A stretch of 64,000 bases of DNA from NCBI RefSeq assembly GCF_009914755.1, contig NC_060947.1; one strand, given 5' to 3'. Positions within the stretch are counted from its first letter, which is position 1, and each line of letters begins with the position of its first letter. Both the position numbers and the translations under genes were made by a program. This DNA comes from the human T2T-CHM13v2.0 reference genome, Homo sapiens. The notes under the pieces are model-generated. The model did not search any database, was not told the DNA's origin, and saw only the letters and a list, made by a program, of their open reading frames with translations. Below are positions 1 through 20,092 of the stretch, in pieces.

Positions 1-1000
1 GTTACAACAAGCCTTTAAAGAAGAATCTGGATTTAATTTTCTTCATGATGTTTTAAGTTGGCTCCATATTGAAAATGAAGAAAGGTCTTTTTGTTGTTGT
101 TCTGGCATACAAATTTTCTTTTTATAATACTTATGTGCATTGTATTTCTACTATTCAAATGATTAATGCGATGCATCTCTCATCATCTTACTTCTTTCAA
201 ATAACTTAAAATCATATTTCAAAGACTAGAGATAATTCAATAAGCAACAGCAGCTATGTAAATCAATAATTTGACTGAGGTCTCACTTTTCACACTCTAT
301 GATGCATTCCCAATTTGGCTTTTGGGTGCAACTAAAGTTCCTCACTGAAATGTCTCCTCTTTCTTCCCAATGTGGGATAGGACTATCCAGGATTGAGCCT
401 TCCCAGCAACAAGGGACAACTCAGGGAGTGGGCTGTACCTTCATCTCATCTGGGGCTAAGGGTAAATGCAGCTATATTGTCTGGTAAAAAAAAAAAGGCT
501 CACTAGTTCTGCACCCATGTAACTGTACCCTATGTAAATGAAAGTGGACTGATAGGAAGTTACTTGCTAGACTAGTATTGCTGTCTGTAATCTATCTAAA
601 TCAGGATATTGGCAGATCTTAATGTCCCTTCCAATTGTGAAAAAGTTTGGGTATTAATGGGTAGTAGGAATAGTAGCTGAGAGTAAAGGAATGAATAAAT
701 TGATTATGTAACGAGGCTCAGAGCAACAGAATAATATTACCTCTTAGCTCAATAATACCAGATGCCTGAAAGGGTGAAGTAATGTGTTCGCCAAGACCAC
801 TCCTGTCTTCAAAACTTGACAAAATCAAATGGAAACCTGTAAACTTGAGTGGCCTCCCCTGGGAGACATTTTCATAAAATATGAAGATGGACTGGACTAA
901 TTATCAATGAATAAATAAAATTCTAGTATCATGTTGGTATCTTTTGACTTACATGATTCCTTTGCTGTAAGAGATTTATGTTTGAGGACTGGGGGTAGAC
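1..1000 (+). mobile_element. Probable degraded ERV internal sequence (MER21-int-like) upstream of an LTR
   Basis: Ends in a purine-rich PPT-like tract (gaggactgggggtagac) directly before the TG of the LTR at 1001. The identity of the rest is inference. Confidence 0.4.
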
Positions 1001-1583
1001 TGTAATATTGTGAAACATATATTTAGTATTTATTCAAGTTTCCTGATATACAGTTCCTAAAACTCTTAGGATCTCAGGAGTGATGAGTTTCGTTTGTATG
1101 CTAATGAGAGGACCTATGACTAGTGGTCTTTAGATGGTCTCAGAATTGGGGCTGGCAGCCAGAAAGGCTGGGGTATAATTAGAGGTCTGGGACTTTTAGC
1201 CCCTCTCCAAGCTGGAGAGGTGATAGGGCCTGAGCATTGAGTTAATCAACAATGATGTAAGCAAACATGCCTATGTAATGAAGGCTCCATAAAAATCTAC
1301 AAGGACAGGGTTCAGATGAGCTTCTGGATTAGTAAACACTTGGAGGTTTCTAGAGAGTGGCACACCCCTTTTTCCATATATTGAAGAGGCCCTGTGCATG
1401 TCTTCCATCTGGTTATTCCTCTGTATCCTTTGTAATATCCTTCATCATAAATGAGCAAATAAAAGTAAAGTATTTCCTTGAGTTCTGTGAGCGACTCCAG
1501 CAAATTGAACCCAAGGTGGGGATTCATGGAAACCCCAATTTGCAGACAATTGGTCTGAAGTATAGGACAGGCTTCTACTTCTG
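1001..1583 (+). mobile_element. MER21-family LTR, 3'-truncated
   Basis: Starts tgtaatattgtga; contains MER21-like blocks (cctaaaactcttaggatctc..., tttgtatgctaatgag, gggctggcagccagaaag, ttgagttctgtgag). Confidence 0.7.
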
Positions 1584-1584
1584 A

Positions 1585-4004
1585 ATTCTATTGAGTTTTC
1601 TTTTGTTATTAGTCAGTCTTGCTAAAATTTTAAAATTTTGTTAATTTTTTTCAAAGGACCAACTTTGTGGTTGTTAATTTTCCTCTATTGCTTTCTTCCT
1701 GATTCTATACTTAATTAATTCCAGTTCTATTCTTTGCTCTTCCTTTCCTTTTACCTGTGTTGGTGAAAATTCACTTTTATTTTTAGTTTCTTAAAGTGAA
1801 AGATTAGATTATTGATGCAAGCCAATTTCTTCTTCTTCAATAGAGACATTATCAGTAAAAAATTCTAATTATTTATTTAGCTGCAACCCATAAGTGTTGG
1901 TGTGTTCTTTTTTCATTCATCTAAAAGTATTATTAAATTTCCCTTGTGATTTCTCTTTCAAGTTAATTGGAACTTTGTTGTTTAATTTTCACGTACTTAC
2001 CAAATATTTTTATAGTATGAATTTTTGTTTCATTGTAATTGGAGAACATACATTATAATACATCAATTCTTTTTAATTTATTTAAACTCATTTTGTAACC
2101 AAGAATGTTGTCTATTTGAAGACTGTTCCATGCGGACTTACTTGAGAAGAATGTCTATTCTGCTTTTGTTAGATGGATTGTTCTATAGATGACTGTTAGT
2201 TTTATTACGTCTATAGCATTGTTCAAGCCCTCTGTTTTCTCACTGATCTTCTGTGTAGATTTTCTATCCATTTTTTAAAGTGGGGTATTGAAGTATTATA
2301 TATTATTGTTAAACTGTCCATTTCTCCTTTCAATTTTGTCTGTTTTTGCTACATGCATTTTGGGGCTCTGTTTTTAGATTCATAAGTATTTATTTACTGT
2401 TATATCTTCCTGATGGAGTGACGTTTTATTATTTTAAGATGTCGTCTTTATCTCTAGTAATATATTTTGTTTTTTAAGTATACACTTTTTGATGTTAACA
2501 TAGCCATTCCAGCTCTGTCATGGTTACTGTTTGCATGGTTTAACACTTCCATTTTTTTTTACTTTCAGTATGCTCGTGTCTTTAAATCCACATAGTGTCT
2601 TCTGTAGATTGCATATAGTTGGATTTTGCTATCTTATCCAGACTGATAGCCTATTTTTTGATTACATTGTTTAATCCATTTATATTAAATGTTGTTATTG
2701 ATATGGAGGGACTTATTTATGCCATTTTACTTTTTGTATTCTAAATATCTAATTTTTTTATGCCTCTGTTTCTCATTTACCCCTTATATTACTCCACTTT
2801 TGTAGTAAGTTAATAGTCTTTAGGATAGCATTGCTATGACTTTAATAATTTTTATAGTATATTTTTGAGTCACCATTTTTTATGGTGGTTCTAAGGATTA
2901 CAGTGTTCATCTTAATTTTTCAGAATCACTTTCAGATTTGTATTTACTTAATTTCTGTAAGATATTAGAATATTATTCTTATATAACTGTACTTCCTTCT
3001 TCCCCTTTTAATGTTGAGATATGTATGAATATGAAATATCTAATATAGTAATATATTCTATTAAGATATTATTCTACATAATATATCACATATATTATGT
3101 AGTATATACTAATAGTATATGTAATATACTATTTATACTATAATATATAATATACATATTATGTATATTATATATACATACATGTAATATACATATGTAT
3201 ATTATATATTATAATTATATATCATCTCTAATTTAATAATACAATAATTACGCAAATTATTGTTTTTATATTACAATAATATAACAATGACACAGATCAC
3301 CCTTGTATCATAGTATATATAATAATGTATAATATATAACATATATTGTTATAATTATTTCTTAATTTTACATATTTTAATGCTATAAAAAATAAAGCAG
3401 ATATAAGTATACATCTGTTTTATTTTTATAGCATTAAAATATGTAAAATTATATTTTATAATTAATAATATAAGAAATATAGATTTCTTATATTAATTTT
3501 TTTATTTACCATTTCTGGTTTTCTTCATTCACTCTCCTGGATTCACATTACCATCTAGTGTTATTTTCTTACTCCAATATAGCTTCGGTCTTCCCTGCCT
3601 CCTTAATGCTGTTATTGTCAAAATACTTCTTTATGTAGCATTGTTATATGTTATAGCATCAACAATACAATTAGATTAAGATTGTTTTATACAATTGTCT
3701 TTAATAAAATAAATATGCAATTTTACTGTCATTTGTATTTCCTACATAATTCCCTATAATGATACTTTTTTTTTTCATGTAGATTTAAGTAGTTGAGTTG
3801 TATCACTTCCTTTCAGCCTGAAAATTTCATTGTTATGATTTGCTAGTATGGGCTTGCCAGCAATAGACTCTCTCAATTTTCGTTTATCTTACCTTCACTT
3901 TTAAAAGCCAGTTTTGCTAGATTTTAAGTTTCTTAGTTGATATAGTTTCTTTTTTTTCCCGGCACATTGACTAGGTAATCCCCCTTCTTTCTGAACTCCA
4001 TTGC
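1585..4004 (-). mobile_element. Old L1M (L1MC/MD/ME-type), segment 1: ORF2 5' part and inter-ORF region, antisense
   Basis: T-rich antisense L1 endonuclease-like sequence (e.g. ttgagaagaatgtctattctgc, gtggggtattgaagt); heavily diverged. Confidence 0.7.
3020..3500. repeat. TA-rich low-complexity tract with inverted repeats
   Basis: Degenerate (TA)n; hairpins at 3363-3451 and 3467-3494. Confidence 0.85.
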
Positions 4005-4208
4005 TATCTTAGATGTTTTGGTTGCTATAACAAAATGCCATAAACTAAGTGGCTTATAAATGACAAAAATTTATTTCTCACAGCTCTGAATACTAAGAAA
4101 TACAAGATTAAGACATCATCAGATTCAGTGTCTAGTTAGGGTCTGCTTCTCCGTAGATGGTGCCATTTCACTGCCTGCTCACATGATAGGGCAAGCTATC
4201 CCTCAGGA
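4005..4208 (-). mobile_element. MLT1A-like MaLR LTR, left part (split by L1PA7/8)
   Basis: tatcttag...gttgctataacaaaatgccataaactaagtggcttataaa...atttatttctcacag; continues at about 10376. Confidence 0.75.
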
Positions 4209-10375
<6,167 letters not shown>

Positions 10376-10523
10376 GCCTCTGGGGTCTTTTTTATAAGGA
10401 CACTAATCTCAATCATGAGAAATCCATTTTCATTACTCATCACCTACTTCCTATACAATTAACCTGGGGTTTAGGACTTCAATGTATGAATTTGGAGAGA
10501 AAACAAACATTCAAATTATAGCA
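10376..10523 (-). mobile_element. MLT1A-like LTR, right part
   Basis: cctctggggtcttttttataaggacactaatc...atgaatttggagag...aaacattcaaattatagca completes the LTR begun at 4005. Confidence 0.75.
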
Positions 10524-10950
10524 ATAATTTATGATGATATATCAGCTGTAATCTTATTGAGCTTCTCTTGCATGTAAAATGCCATTTTTCTCTTTCTGCT
10601 TCCAAGATATTTTGTGTCTATCAATTGTTTTATTATAACATGTCTTGCTGTGGAACACTCAGTGTTTAACCTATATGGAATTTGTTAAACTTTTTGAATG
10701 TCTACGTCATTTTTAATTAAATTTGAAAGTTTCAGGAGGTATTTCTTAAAATATTTATTCTGCTTGTTTTTCTCCTCTCTTGTACTCACATTACATGTAT
10801 ATTAATAAGCCCAATGTTGTCCCACATTTCTCTAAGGGTGTGTTTATTTTTATTTACTTATTTTTCTCCACCAACGTATCTCCAAGTTTCCTGATTCTCA
10901 CTCAACAAGTTCTAATATACTGTTGAACTTCGTTAGTAATTTGTAAACAC
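10524..10950 (-). mobile_element. Old L1M, segment 2 (ORF1 region, antisense)
   Basis: tcagctgtaatcttattg...tttctctttctgcttccaagat continues the L1M sequence interrupted at 4004. Confidence 0.6.
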
Positions 10951-12131
10951 ATTTTATTTTTAGAGATGTTTAAGTTTCACAGAAAAATTGAGTAGAAAGA
11001 CCATAGATTTTCTATACACCACTTGCCTCCGCACATGCATAGCCTCCCACATTATCCATATCCTTTACAAGGGTAATACATTTGTTACAACTGATAAATT
11101 TACATTGACAGTATCATCACACAGAGTTCATAGTTTATATTAGAGTTTATTCATTGTGCTGTACATTCTATGGGTTTGGGCCAATTTGTAAAGACATGTA
11201 TCCACCATTATGGTATTATACATAAGAAATTAATGGCCTTAAGATTCCTGCGTGCCCAACCTATTTATCCCTCACTTCCTGCTAACCCCTGACAATCACT
11301 AAACTTTTTTCTATCTCCATGGTTTTGCCATTTCCATAATGTCATATAGTTGGAGTCATACAATATGTAGGCTTTTCAGATTTACTTACTTCACTTAGTA
11401 ATGTATTTTTGAGTTTCCTCAATGTATTTTCTTGGATTGAGAGTTTATTTTTAGTAATAGATAATATTTTATTATCTAGATGTACCATAATTTATCTACT
11501 CACTTACTGAAATATATCTTGATTAATTCTACATTTTGGCAATTATGAAAAAAGTTGCTATGAACATCTGTGTGTAGGCTTTTGTGTGGACATAGTTTTC
11601 AGCTCCTTTGGATAAATACCAAGAAGCATAATTGCTGGATCATATGGTAGGAGTATATTTAGTTTTGTAAGAAACTGCCAAGCTATTCTCCAAAGTGCCA
11701 TATAATTTTGCATTTCTATCAGCAATGAGTGAGATTTCTTGTTGCTACACATCTTCACCAGCATTTTTGATATTGTCAGTGGTCTTAACATTAGCCATCC
11801 TAATAGGTGTGTATTGGTGTCTCATGATTGTTTTAATCTGCCTGTTCATAATTATATATGATGTAATCATATATACTTATTTGACTTTTGTATATCTTCT
11901 TTGTTGAGGACTCTGTTAAGGTCTTTGGCCCATTTTTAAAATTAGGTTTTTAATTTTCTTATTATTGAGTTTTAAGAATTCTTTGTACACTTTGAATAGC
12001 AGTTCTTTAGGTATGTCTTTTGTACACATTTTATTCCAGCCTGTGGCTTCTCTTTTCATTCTCCTAACAGTGTCTTTCAAAAGCCAGAAACTTTAATTTT
12101 ACTGAAATTCAATTTATCAATTATTTCATGG

Positions 12132-12423
<292 letters not shown>

Positions 12424-12464
12424 TTATGGATTCTGAATTTGATGTTGTATCTGAAATGTCATTG

Positions 12465-12776
12465 ACAGTGGGTACAGTAGTTTATACCTGTAATCCCAGA
12501 AACTCAGGAGGCTGAGGCAAGAGGAATGGAACATTTGAGGCCAGGAGTTAGAGACCAGCCTGGGCAGTGTAATGAGACCTTGTCTCTTTAAAACTAAACA
12601 AAATTGCCAGGTGCAACACACTTTTAGTCCCAGCTATTTGGGTGACTGAGGCAGGAGGATCACTTGAGCCAAAGAATAGAGGCTACAGTGAGCTATGATC
12701 ATGCCACTGCACTCCAGCTTGAATGACAGAGAGAGAGAGAGAGAGAGAGAGAGACCCTGTCTCACTAAAAAAAGAA
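12465..12776 (+). mobile_element. AluJ with internal (GA)n expansion
   Basis: J-type positions (ggaggatcacttgagcc, gagctatgatc, gagaccctgtctc); (GA)n at about 12728-12754. Confidence 0.85.
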
Positions 12777-15560
12777 AGCCATTGCCAACCCAAGGTCATC
12801 TAGATTTTCTCCTCTATTAATTTTGTGCTTTCATGCAGATAGTCATTCTAGCACAGCACCGCAGCACCATTTGTTGAAAAAGTTATTTTTTTCATTGTCT
12901 TCCCTTGCTACTTTGTCAAAAATCCGTTCATAATATTTATATGGATTTATTTTTGGGCTTTCCATTCTGCTCCATTGATCTATGTGTATTTTTTTTTTCA
13001 AATAACACACTGCCTTGAAAACTGAAGTTTTATAGTAAGTCTTAAACTTGGGTAGTATCAGTGCTCCAACTTTGTTCTTCTTCAATATTGTGCTGGCTTT
13101 TCTGCATCTTTTGCCTCTCCAAATACACTTCAAACCAGTTTGTCAATAACTACTATATAACTTGCCAGAATTTTGATTGGAATTGCATTGAATCTATAGA
13201 TCAAAGTATAAAGAACTTAAAGCTGGACGGTATTGTGTATTCTTGTCCATGAACATGGAATATATATCTACTTATTTATTTATTTATTTTTCTTTTATTT
13301 ATTTCTTCAGTTTTGTAGGTTCCTTCAGATATATTTTGAACACATTTTCTTAGATTTATACCAAGGTACTTAGTTTTGGGGGCTGCTAATGAAAATGGTA
13401 TTGCATTTTAAATTTCAAATTTCCCTTGTTCATTGATGTTATATAAAAAAGTGATTGACTTGCATATATTAACCTTATATCCTGCAACCTTGCTATAATC
13501 ACTTATTTGTTACTCCAGTTTTTTTGTTGATTATTTGTAATATTCTACACAGATAATCAAGTCATCTGCCAATAAAGACTGTTTATTTTTTCCTCCTCCA
13601 ATCTATATACATTTTAATTTTTTCCTTATCTTATTGCATTAGCTCGGATTATTAAAACAATGTTGAAGAGCGGTGGTGAGGGAGAAAATTCTTGTCTTGT
13701 TCCTGATCTTACTGAGAAAGTTAGATTCTCACCATTAAGGCTAATGTTGGCTGTAGATTTTTTTTGTAGATTTTCTTTGTAAAATTAAAGAAGATTCCCC
13801 TTATTCCCAGTGTATTGATTTTAAAAATCATAAATGGGTGTTAGATTCGTAAAATGTTTTCCTGCATTTATTGATATGATCATATGATTTTTTTTTCTGA
13901 TGATGTCATATATTACAGTAATTGGTTATAAATTTTGAAACAGCTTTGCATACCTGGGGTAAATTCTACCTGACCATACTGTATATGTTTTTATACATTG
14001 TTGTATACAATTTGCTATTTGTTGAGGATCTTTGCATCTAGGTTTATGAGAGATATTCATCTGCATTTTTTATAACATCTTTGTCAAGTTTTGGTATTAG
14101 GATAATGCTGGCCTCATAGAATGACTTAGAACATAATGTCCATAGTTTGATTTTCTGAAAGAGATTGTAAAGAATTGGTATAAATTATTATTTGAATATT
14201 TGATATAATTCACCAGTGAACCTATTTAGGGCTAGGCTTATTTCTGTTTTGATAGGTTAAATAGTTATTCAATTTTATTAGTAGATATAGGCTTATTCAG
14301 ATTGTCTGTTTCTTTCTGTGTGAGTTTGGTAGGTTGTGTCTTTCAAACAATTGGTCTATATCATCTAGGTTATCAAATATTTGGTCATAGAGTTATTTGC
14401 AATATTTCCTGATTGTCTTTCTAAAGTACATGAGATTGGTAGTGATGCCCCCATTTCATTTCTCATATTGGTAATTTCTGTCCTTCCTCTTTTTTAATAG
14501 TTACCTTAGCTAGAGGCTTATCAATTTTATTGATCCTTTCAAAGAACCAGCTTTTGGTTTCATTGATTTTCTGCATTAATTTACTATTTTCAATTTCATT
14601 GAATTCTACTCTGATATTTTCTTTTCTTCTGCTTTCTTAAAAATTAATTTTTCCTTTTTAAAACCAATTTTCTAACGTAGATTTTTAGATTATTGATTTT
14701 AGACCTTTTATATTCTAATATCTGCATTCCCTGCTACAAGTTTCCCACAAAGCACTGCATCCCACACATTTTGATAACTTGTGTTTTTATCTGCTTGTAG
14801 TTCAACATATTTTACATTTTTTCTTACATTTCTTCTTTGACCCATATGCCATTTAGATATGTGTTGTCTAATCATCAAGTATTTTGTAATTTTTATTACT
14901 TTCTCTCTATTATTGATTTCAAGTTTAATTCCATGTAATATGACAACAGACTGTATGATTTCTTCTTTTAAACTCGTGTTTTATGAATCAGAATGTGGTC
15001 TATCTTGGTGAATTTTCCATATTATATTGAGAAAATATGTATTTTGCTGTTGTTGGATGAAGTAGTCTATAGGTGCTCAGAATATCCAGCTGATTGATGG
15101 CGCTTTTGAGTTCTACTATGTCTTTAATAATATTCTGCATGCTGTATCTATCCATTTCAGAGGAAGGAGTGTAGAAGTCTCCTACTGTAATAGTGAAGTC
15201 AACTATTTCTCCTTGGTGTTTTATCATTTTTTGCTCTACATATTTTAACCTTATCTTGTCACTGATATACTCATTAGTAATTTCTATGTCTTCTTTGAGA
15301 ATTATTCCCTTTAATCATTATTATGTATATCTCTATCCTTGATAATTGTCTTTGTTCTGAAGTTTGCTCTGTTGCAAATTAATATAGCAATTTTCCCTTT
15401 ATTTTGATTAGTGTTAGTAGAGTATTTATTTATCTATCCATTTACTTTTAATAAATATGTATCCTTATGTATTGTTGTTGCACTTATTATTTTTAACCAA
15501 TTCTTATTTGTTAGGTCATTTAATAAAAATCATAAAAGTTCATTTTAATTTAACCTTCAT

Positions 15561-16689
15561 TGTTGCGGGAAGTCAGGGACCCTGAATGGAGGGACCGGCT
15601 GAAGCCATGGCAGAAGAACATAAATTGTGAAGATTTCATGGGCATTTATTAGTTCCCCAAATTTATACTTTTATAATTTCTTACGCCTGTCTTTACTGCA
15701 ATCTCTGAACATAAATTGTGAAGATTTCATGGACATTTGTCACTTCCCCAATCAATACTCTTGTGATTTCCTATGTCTGTCTTTTGTTTAATCTCTTAAT
15801 CCTGTCATCTTCATAAGCTGAGGATGTATGTCGCCTCAGTACCCTGTGATGATTGCGTTAACTGCACAAATTGTTTCTAAGCATGTGTGTTTAAACATTA
15901 TGAAATCTGGGCACCTTGAAAAAAGAACAGGATAACAGAGATGTTCAGGGAACAAGGGAGATAACCATTAGGTCTGGCTGCCTGAGAGCCAGGCGGAACA
16001 GAGCCATATTTCTCTTCTTTCAAAAGCAAATAGGAGAAATATCGCTGAATTCTGTTTCTCAGCAAGGAGCAGCTCTGAGAAAGAGAATGCATTCCTAGGG
16101 GTAGGTCTCTGAAATGGCCGCTCTGGGAATGTCTGTCTTTTTTAGGATATGTGCTGCCAAAGCGAGCCCGGAATGTCTGTCTTTTATAGTTGCTGATAAG
16201 GGATGAAATAAGCCCTGGTCTCCTGTAGCGCTCCCAGGCCTATTAGGATGAGGAAATATCTGCCTAGTAAATTTTTAGTCAGACCGGTTGTCTGCTCTCA
16301 AACCCTGTCTCCTGATAAGATGTTATCAATGGCAATGCGTGCCCGAAACTTCATTAGCAATTTTAATTTCGCCCTGGTCCTGTGATCTCGCCCTGCCTCC
16401 ATTTGCCTTGTAATATTTTATTACCTTGTGAAGCATGTGATCTCTGTGACCCACACCCTATTTGTACACTCCCTCTCCTTTGAAAATCACTGATAAAAAC
16501 TTGCTGGTTTTGTGGCTTGGGGGTCATCACGGAACCTGCTGACATGTGATGTCTCCCCCGGATACCCAGCTTTAAAATTTCTCTCTTTTGTACTCTTTCC
16601 CTTTATTTCTCAGACTGGCCGACACTTAGGGAAATAGAAAAGAACCTATGTGAAAATACAATGAATTATCGGGGGCGGTTCCCCCAATA
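15561..16689 (+). mobile_element. MER11 (B/C-like) solo LTR of HERV-K11/HML-8
   Basis: Starts tgttgcgggaagtcagggacc, ends ggttcccccaata; perfect 6-bp TSD CTTCAT (15555-15560, 16690-16695); internal repeat gaacataaattgtgaagatttcatgg. Confidence 0.92.
16142..16169 (-). pseudogene. 3'-truncated (tailless) U6 snRNA retrocopy, U6 nt 1-28
   Basis: Reverse complement GGGCTCGCTTTGGCAGCACATATCCTAA vs U6 5' end GTGCTCGCTTCGGCAGCACATATACTAA (25/28); flanked by perfect 16-bp repeat ggaatgtctgtctttt. Confidence 0.88.
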
Positions 16690-16980
16690 CTTCATTTATT
16701 AATCTATTATGACATTCTTTATTTCTTCATGTAGATCTGAGTTTCTGACCTATATCATTTTCTTTCTCTCTAAAAATCTTTCTGTAACATTGCTTGCAAG
16801 GCAGGTCTATGGGTGAAAAAAAAACTATTATTTTTTTCTTTTTATCCAACCTTTGATTTCTGCTTTACTTATGAAGAATAATTTTGCAGGGTACCAAATT
16901 TTCTAGCTTAGTGTTTTTTTTTTTTCTCTTAACACTTTAAATATTTCACTGCACTCTCTTCTTTCTTGTAATGGTTTTAA

Positions 16981-17326
<346 letters not shown>

Positions 17327-18465
17327 CCTTATGCCTATGTATCTTTTTTTGTTTCCTCAGGCAGTTATCTTGTTTGGTAATCTCTGAGCTTCTTGAATCT
17401 GTGGTTTGGTGTCTGACATTAATTTGGAAAAATTTTTACTCATTATTGTTTTAAACATTTCTTCTTTTTCTCCCTCTCTCTTTTCTTCTGGTGTATATTC
17501 ATCACATATAAGTTACACCTCTTGTAATTGTTCCACAGTTCATGAATATATTTTTCTGTTTTATTCTCTTTTTTCTGTTTGCTTTTCAATTTTGGAGGTT
17601 TCTTGTGAAATCTGCCTAAGTTCAGAGATTGTGTTTTCAGTTGTATCTAGTCTAATAAGAAACTCATTAAAGGATCAAAGGCACTCTTCATTTCTGTTAC
17701 TTTTTTAAAATTTCTGCTATTTATTTTAGGTACTGTCTTAGGATTTCTATATTTCCGCTTACATTGTTCATTTGTTCTTTCCACTGTCTATGTCTACATC
17801 AGCCTTTAGGTCCCTTAGCATATTAATCATAGTAGTTTTATATTCTTGATCTGACAATTTCAACATCCCTGCCATATCTGAGTCTGAGACTGCCATTTGT
17901 TCTTTTTAACTGTGTTTTGGCCTCTTTGTATGTCTTGTAATGTTTTCTTAATAGCCATGCTCTGATTAAACTCTATAAGTATAGGCTTTGGTTGATACTT
18001 TTTCCTGAGGGCAGGCCTTGTTAGGAAGAACAGAATGCTCTAGTGTATTTCAAAATGGTTCCCTTCCCCTCCCTCTGTCAGAAGCATGAGTGAAAGTTTT
18101 CTCTGATATTCACTCTGACCAACAGGTCGAGTTCCTTGAGGTAAACCTCACAAAAGTATAGAGTTCTTCCGTGACTGGATCCCCTTAGAGTTTTGAGATT
18201 CAGAGTTGTTCGTACTGAGCCACCAACAATTTGTCAATTACATTTTAGGGGTTTCCAACACAGCACTTTTCCCCATTGAGTATTTTGCTCTGGCAAGTTG
18301 TGACTCTGTGTATTTACCTGTCTCTATAATTTTGGGACGGTGGTTTGTCCTGTGACCTTACTTCTCTCACGAACCTAAGAAGAGTTATTTTTTTAGTTTT
18401 CTACTTGTTGTTAGTACAAATTAGCAACTTCTTAGCTTCTAATTTGTGGACCAGAAACTGGAAGT

Positions 18466-19965
18466 TCCTAGTGATTATTTTTAAAGAAATTCATTGTTGT
18501 ACTTATAAACTTCAGGATTTTCATGCTTTTAAAATAATTCTTACATTTTTATTTATAATCTTTAATTGATGAGACAAAAAATTTTTCTTTAATTATTTTA
18601 ACGTGGATTATTTCAGATATTTCAGCATATTTATAATAGCTGTTTTGAAATAATTGTTTGCTGTATCTTACATCTGTGTACCACGAAAGTCAGCTTTTTG
18701 CCAGCATTTTAACACTCTGTGTGTCAAACTTTCTGCTTTCTTTAAACTGATTATTTTTTTAAATAGGAAATGGAACATTTAAATATTAATAATATATTGT
18801 GGTGATTTTGGATCCTAACTACTCATTCCTGGGACTTTATGTCACTGCTTGCTCTTTTGCTTATTTTTTTAATGAATTGAATATAATAATGCAGTAAAAT
18901 CTGTTTCCCCATAATGTGAAACCTCTGGTGTTTACAGCCTTAAGCATGCACACGAGTCTTCCTGACCACCACTGATGACTTTGGTCCTAGCCAGCCTCTC
19001 TTTGACTATCTTTTCCTGATATCCCTGTTAAGCTTTTGGTTAACCTGGAAATACTGGCATCACATCCAGGTGCTGGCTCTCACTAATTGTTAGTTGTTTG
19101 CTATATTGTGTCCAACAACTCCTTAGGGGCATGTATTAGTCTATAGTTTGATCCATTTAAAGTTAGCTTCTTGGCAGGGATCAGGTATTTCAGTTTTTGA
19201 AAACTTCTCTCACTCCCCACCAGCAGAACATCTATGTTATAGAGCAGTAACTCTGGTAGGTGGAAATTGAAGCTGGTGCTACCACTGAGCTATGGCCACC
19301 ACCCACGTGGATCTTCTAGAGATCACATCTGGGAAGGATAAGATATTCCATAGCTCATAAATCTCCCCCGAATAACTCTTACATCCTTGAAACCTGGCAT
19401 ATGTGCCAGGTTCCATTTCATTGCCAAGCCCACCAGAGCAGGTCTTCTACAACACTGTGCTGTATGGGAAAATGGTACTTCACTCTTCACCAGCTGACTT
19501 GTCCAGGTAGTTCCCATGTATCAGGAGGTGGGGGTGGTGTAATGAGTCCTGCTTAGCTGGTGCCACCCACTAAATATAGGCCTTCTACAGCATAGAGCTG
19601 TAAAAAAAAAATGGCATCCTATGATGTTCAACAGCTTCTGAAATAGAATAGCTCTTCTATGCCAGGCATCCACGGGAGAAGGGAACTGTCACATAGCTGA
19701 CAAACCTGCAGAATCAGTTTTTTCTAAAATACAGAGCTTTGTGTGCATGGGTGCAGTCTCTAGCTTGAATGTCATAGAATCTCACTGTTTTTGTTTAGTT
19801 TCCATATATTTTGTTGAATAAATGCTCCTCAGTTGGTTGTAAGTCCTTTGATCCAAGCTCTAAAAATTTTGAAAATTTGTGTTTGGTAAGTTTAATCAGC
19901 CTAATAGCTGTCTTTCTGGGTAAAAATTTTTATGGGCTCCTCACATTGCCACCCTTCCAGAAGTC
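18466..19965 (-). mobile_element. Old L1M, segment 3 (5' region)
   Basis: Ends in an L1M 5'-terminus-like ctcacattgccacccttccagaagtc; weak similarity overall. Confidence 0.5.
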
Positions 19966-20032
19966 TGTAAAGTTTATTGAAAATAGCAATAGATGAGGTG
20001 CATATGAAAAACTTTTAGATTTTTAAACACAC

Positions 20033-20035
<3 letters not shown>

Positions 20036-20090
<55 letters not shown>
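20036..20090. repeat. (CA)n microsatellite, about 27 units
   Basis: Directly visible. Confidence 0.98.

Positions 20091-20092
<2 letters not shown>

Noticed and set aside
300-640. Possible env-like coding remnant
   Set aside because: No recognisable env motif (furin site, ISD, CX6CC) could be read.
15616-15760. Direct repeat gaacataaattgtgaagatttcatgg resembling a CRISPR repeat-spacer unit
   Set aside because: Only two copies, the intervening sequences are similar to each other, it is a normal MER11 feature, and the DNA is eukaryotic with no cas genes.
16142-16169. Functional U6 gene
   Set aside because: Only 28 nt, mutated, and without PSE/TATA promoter context.
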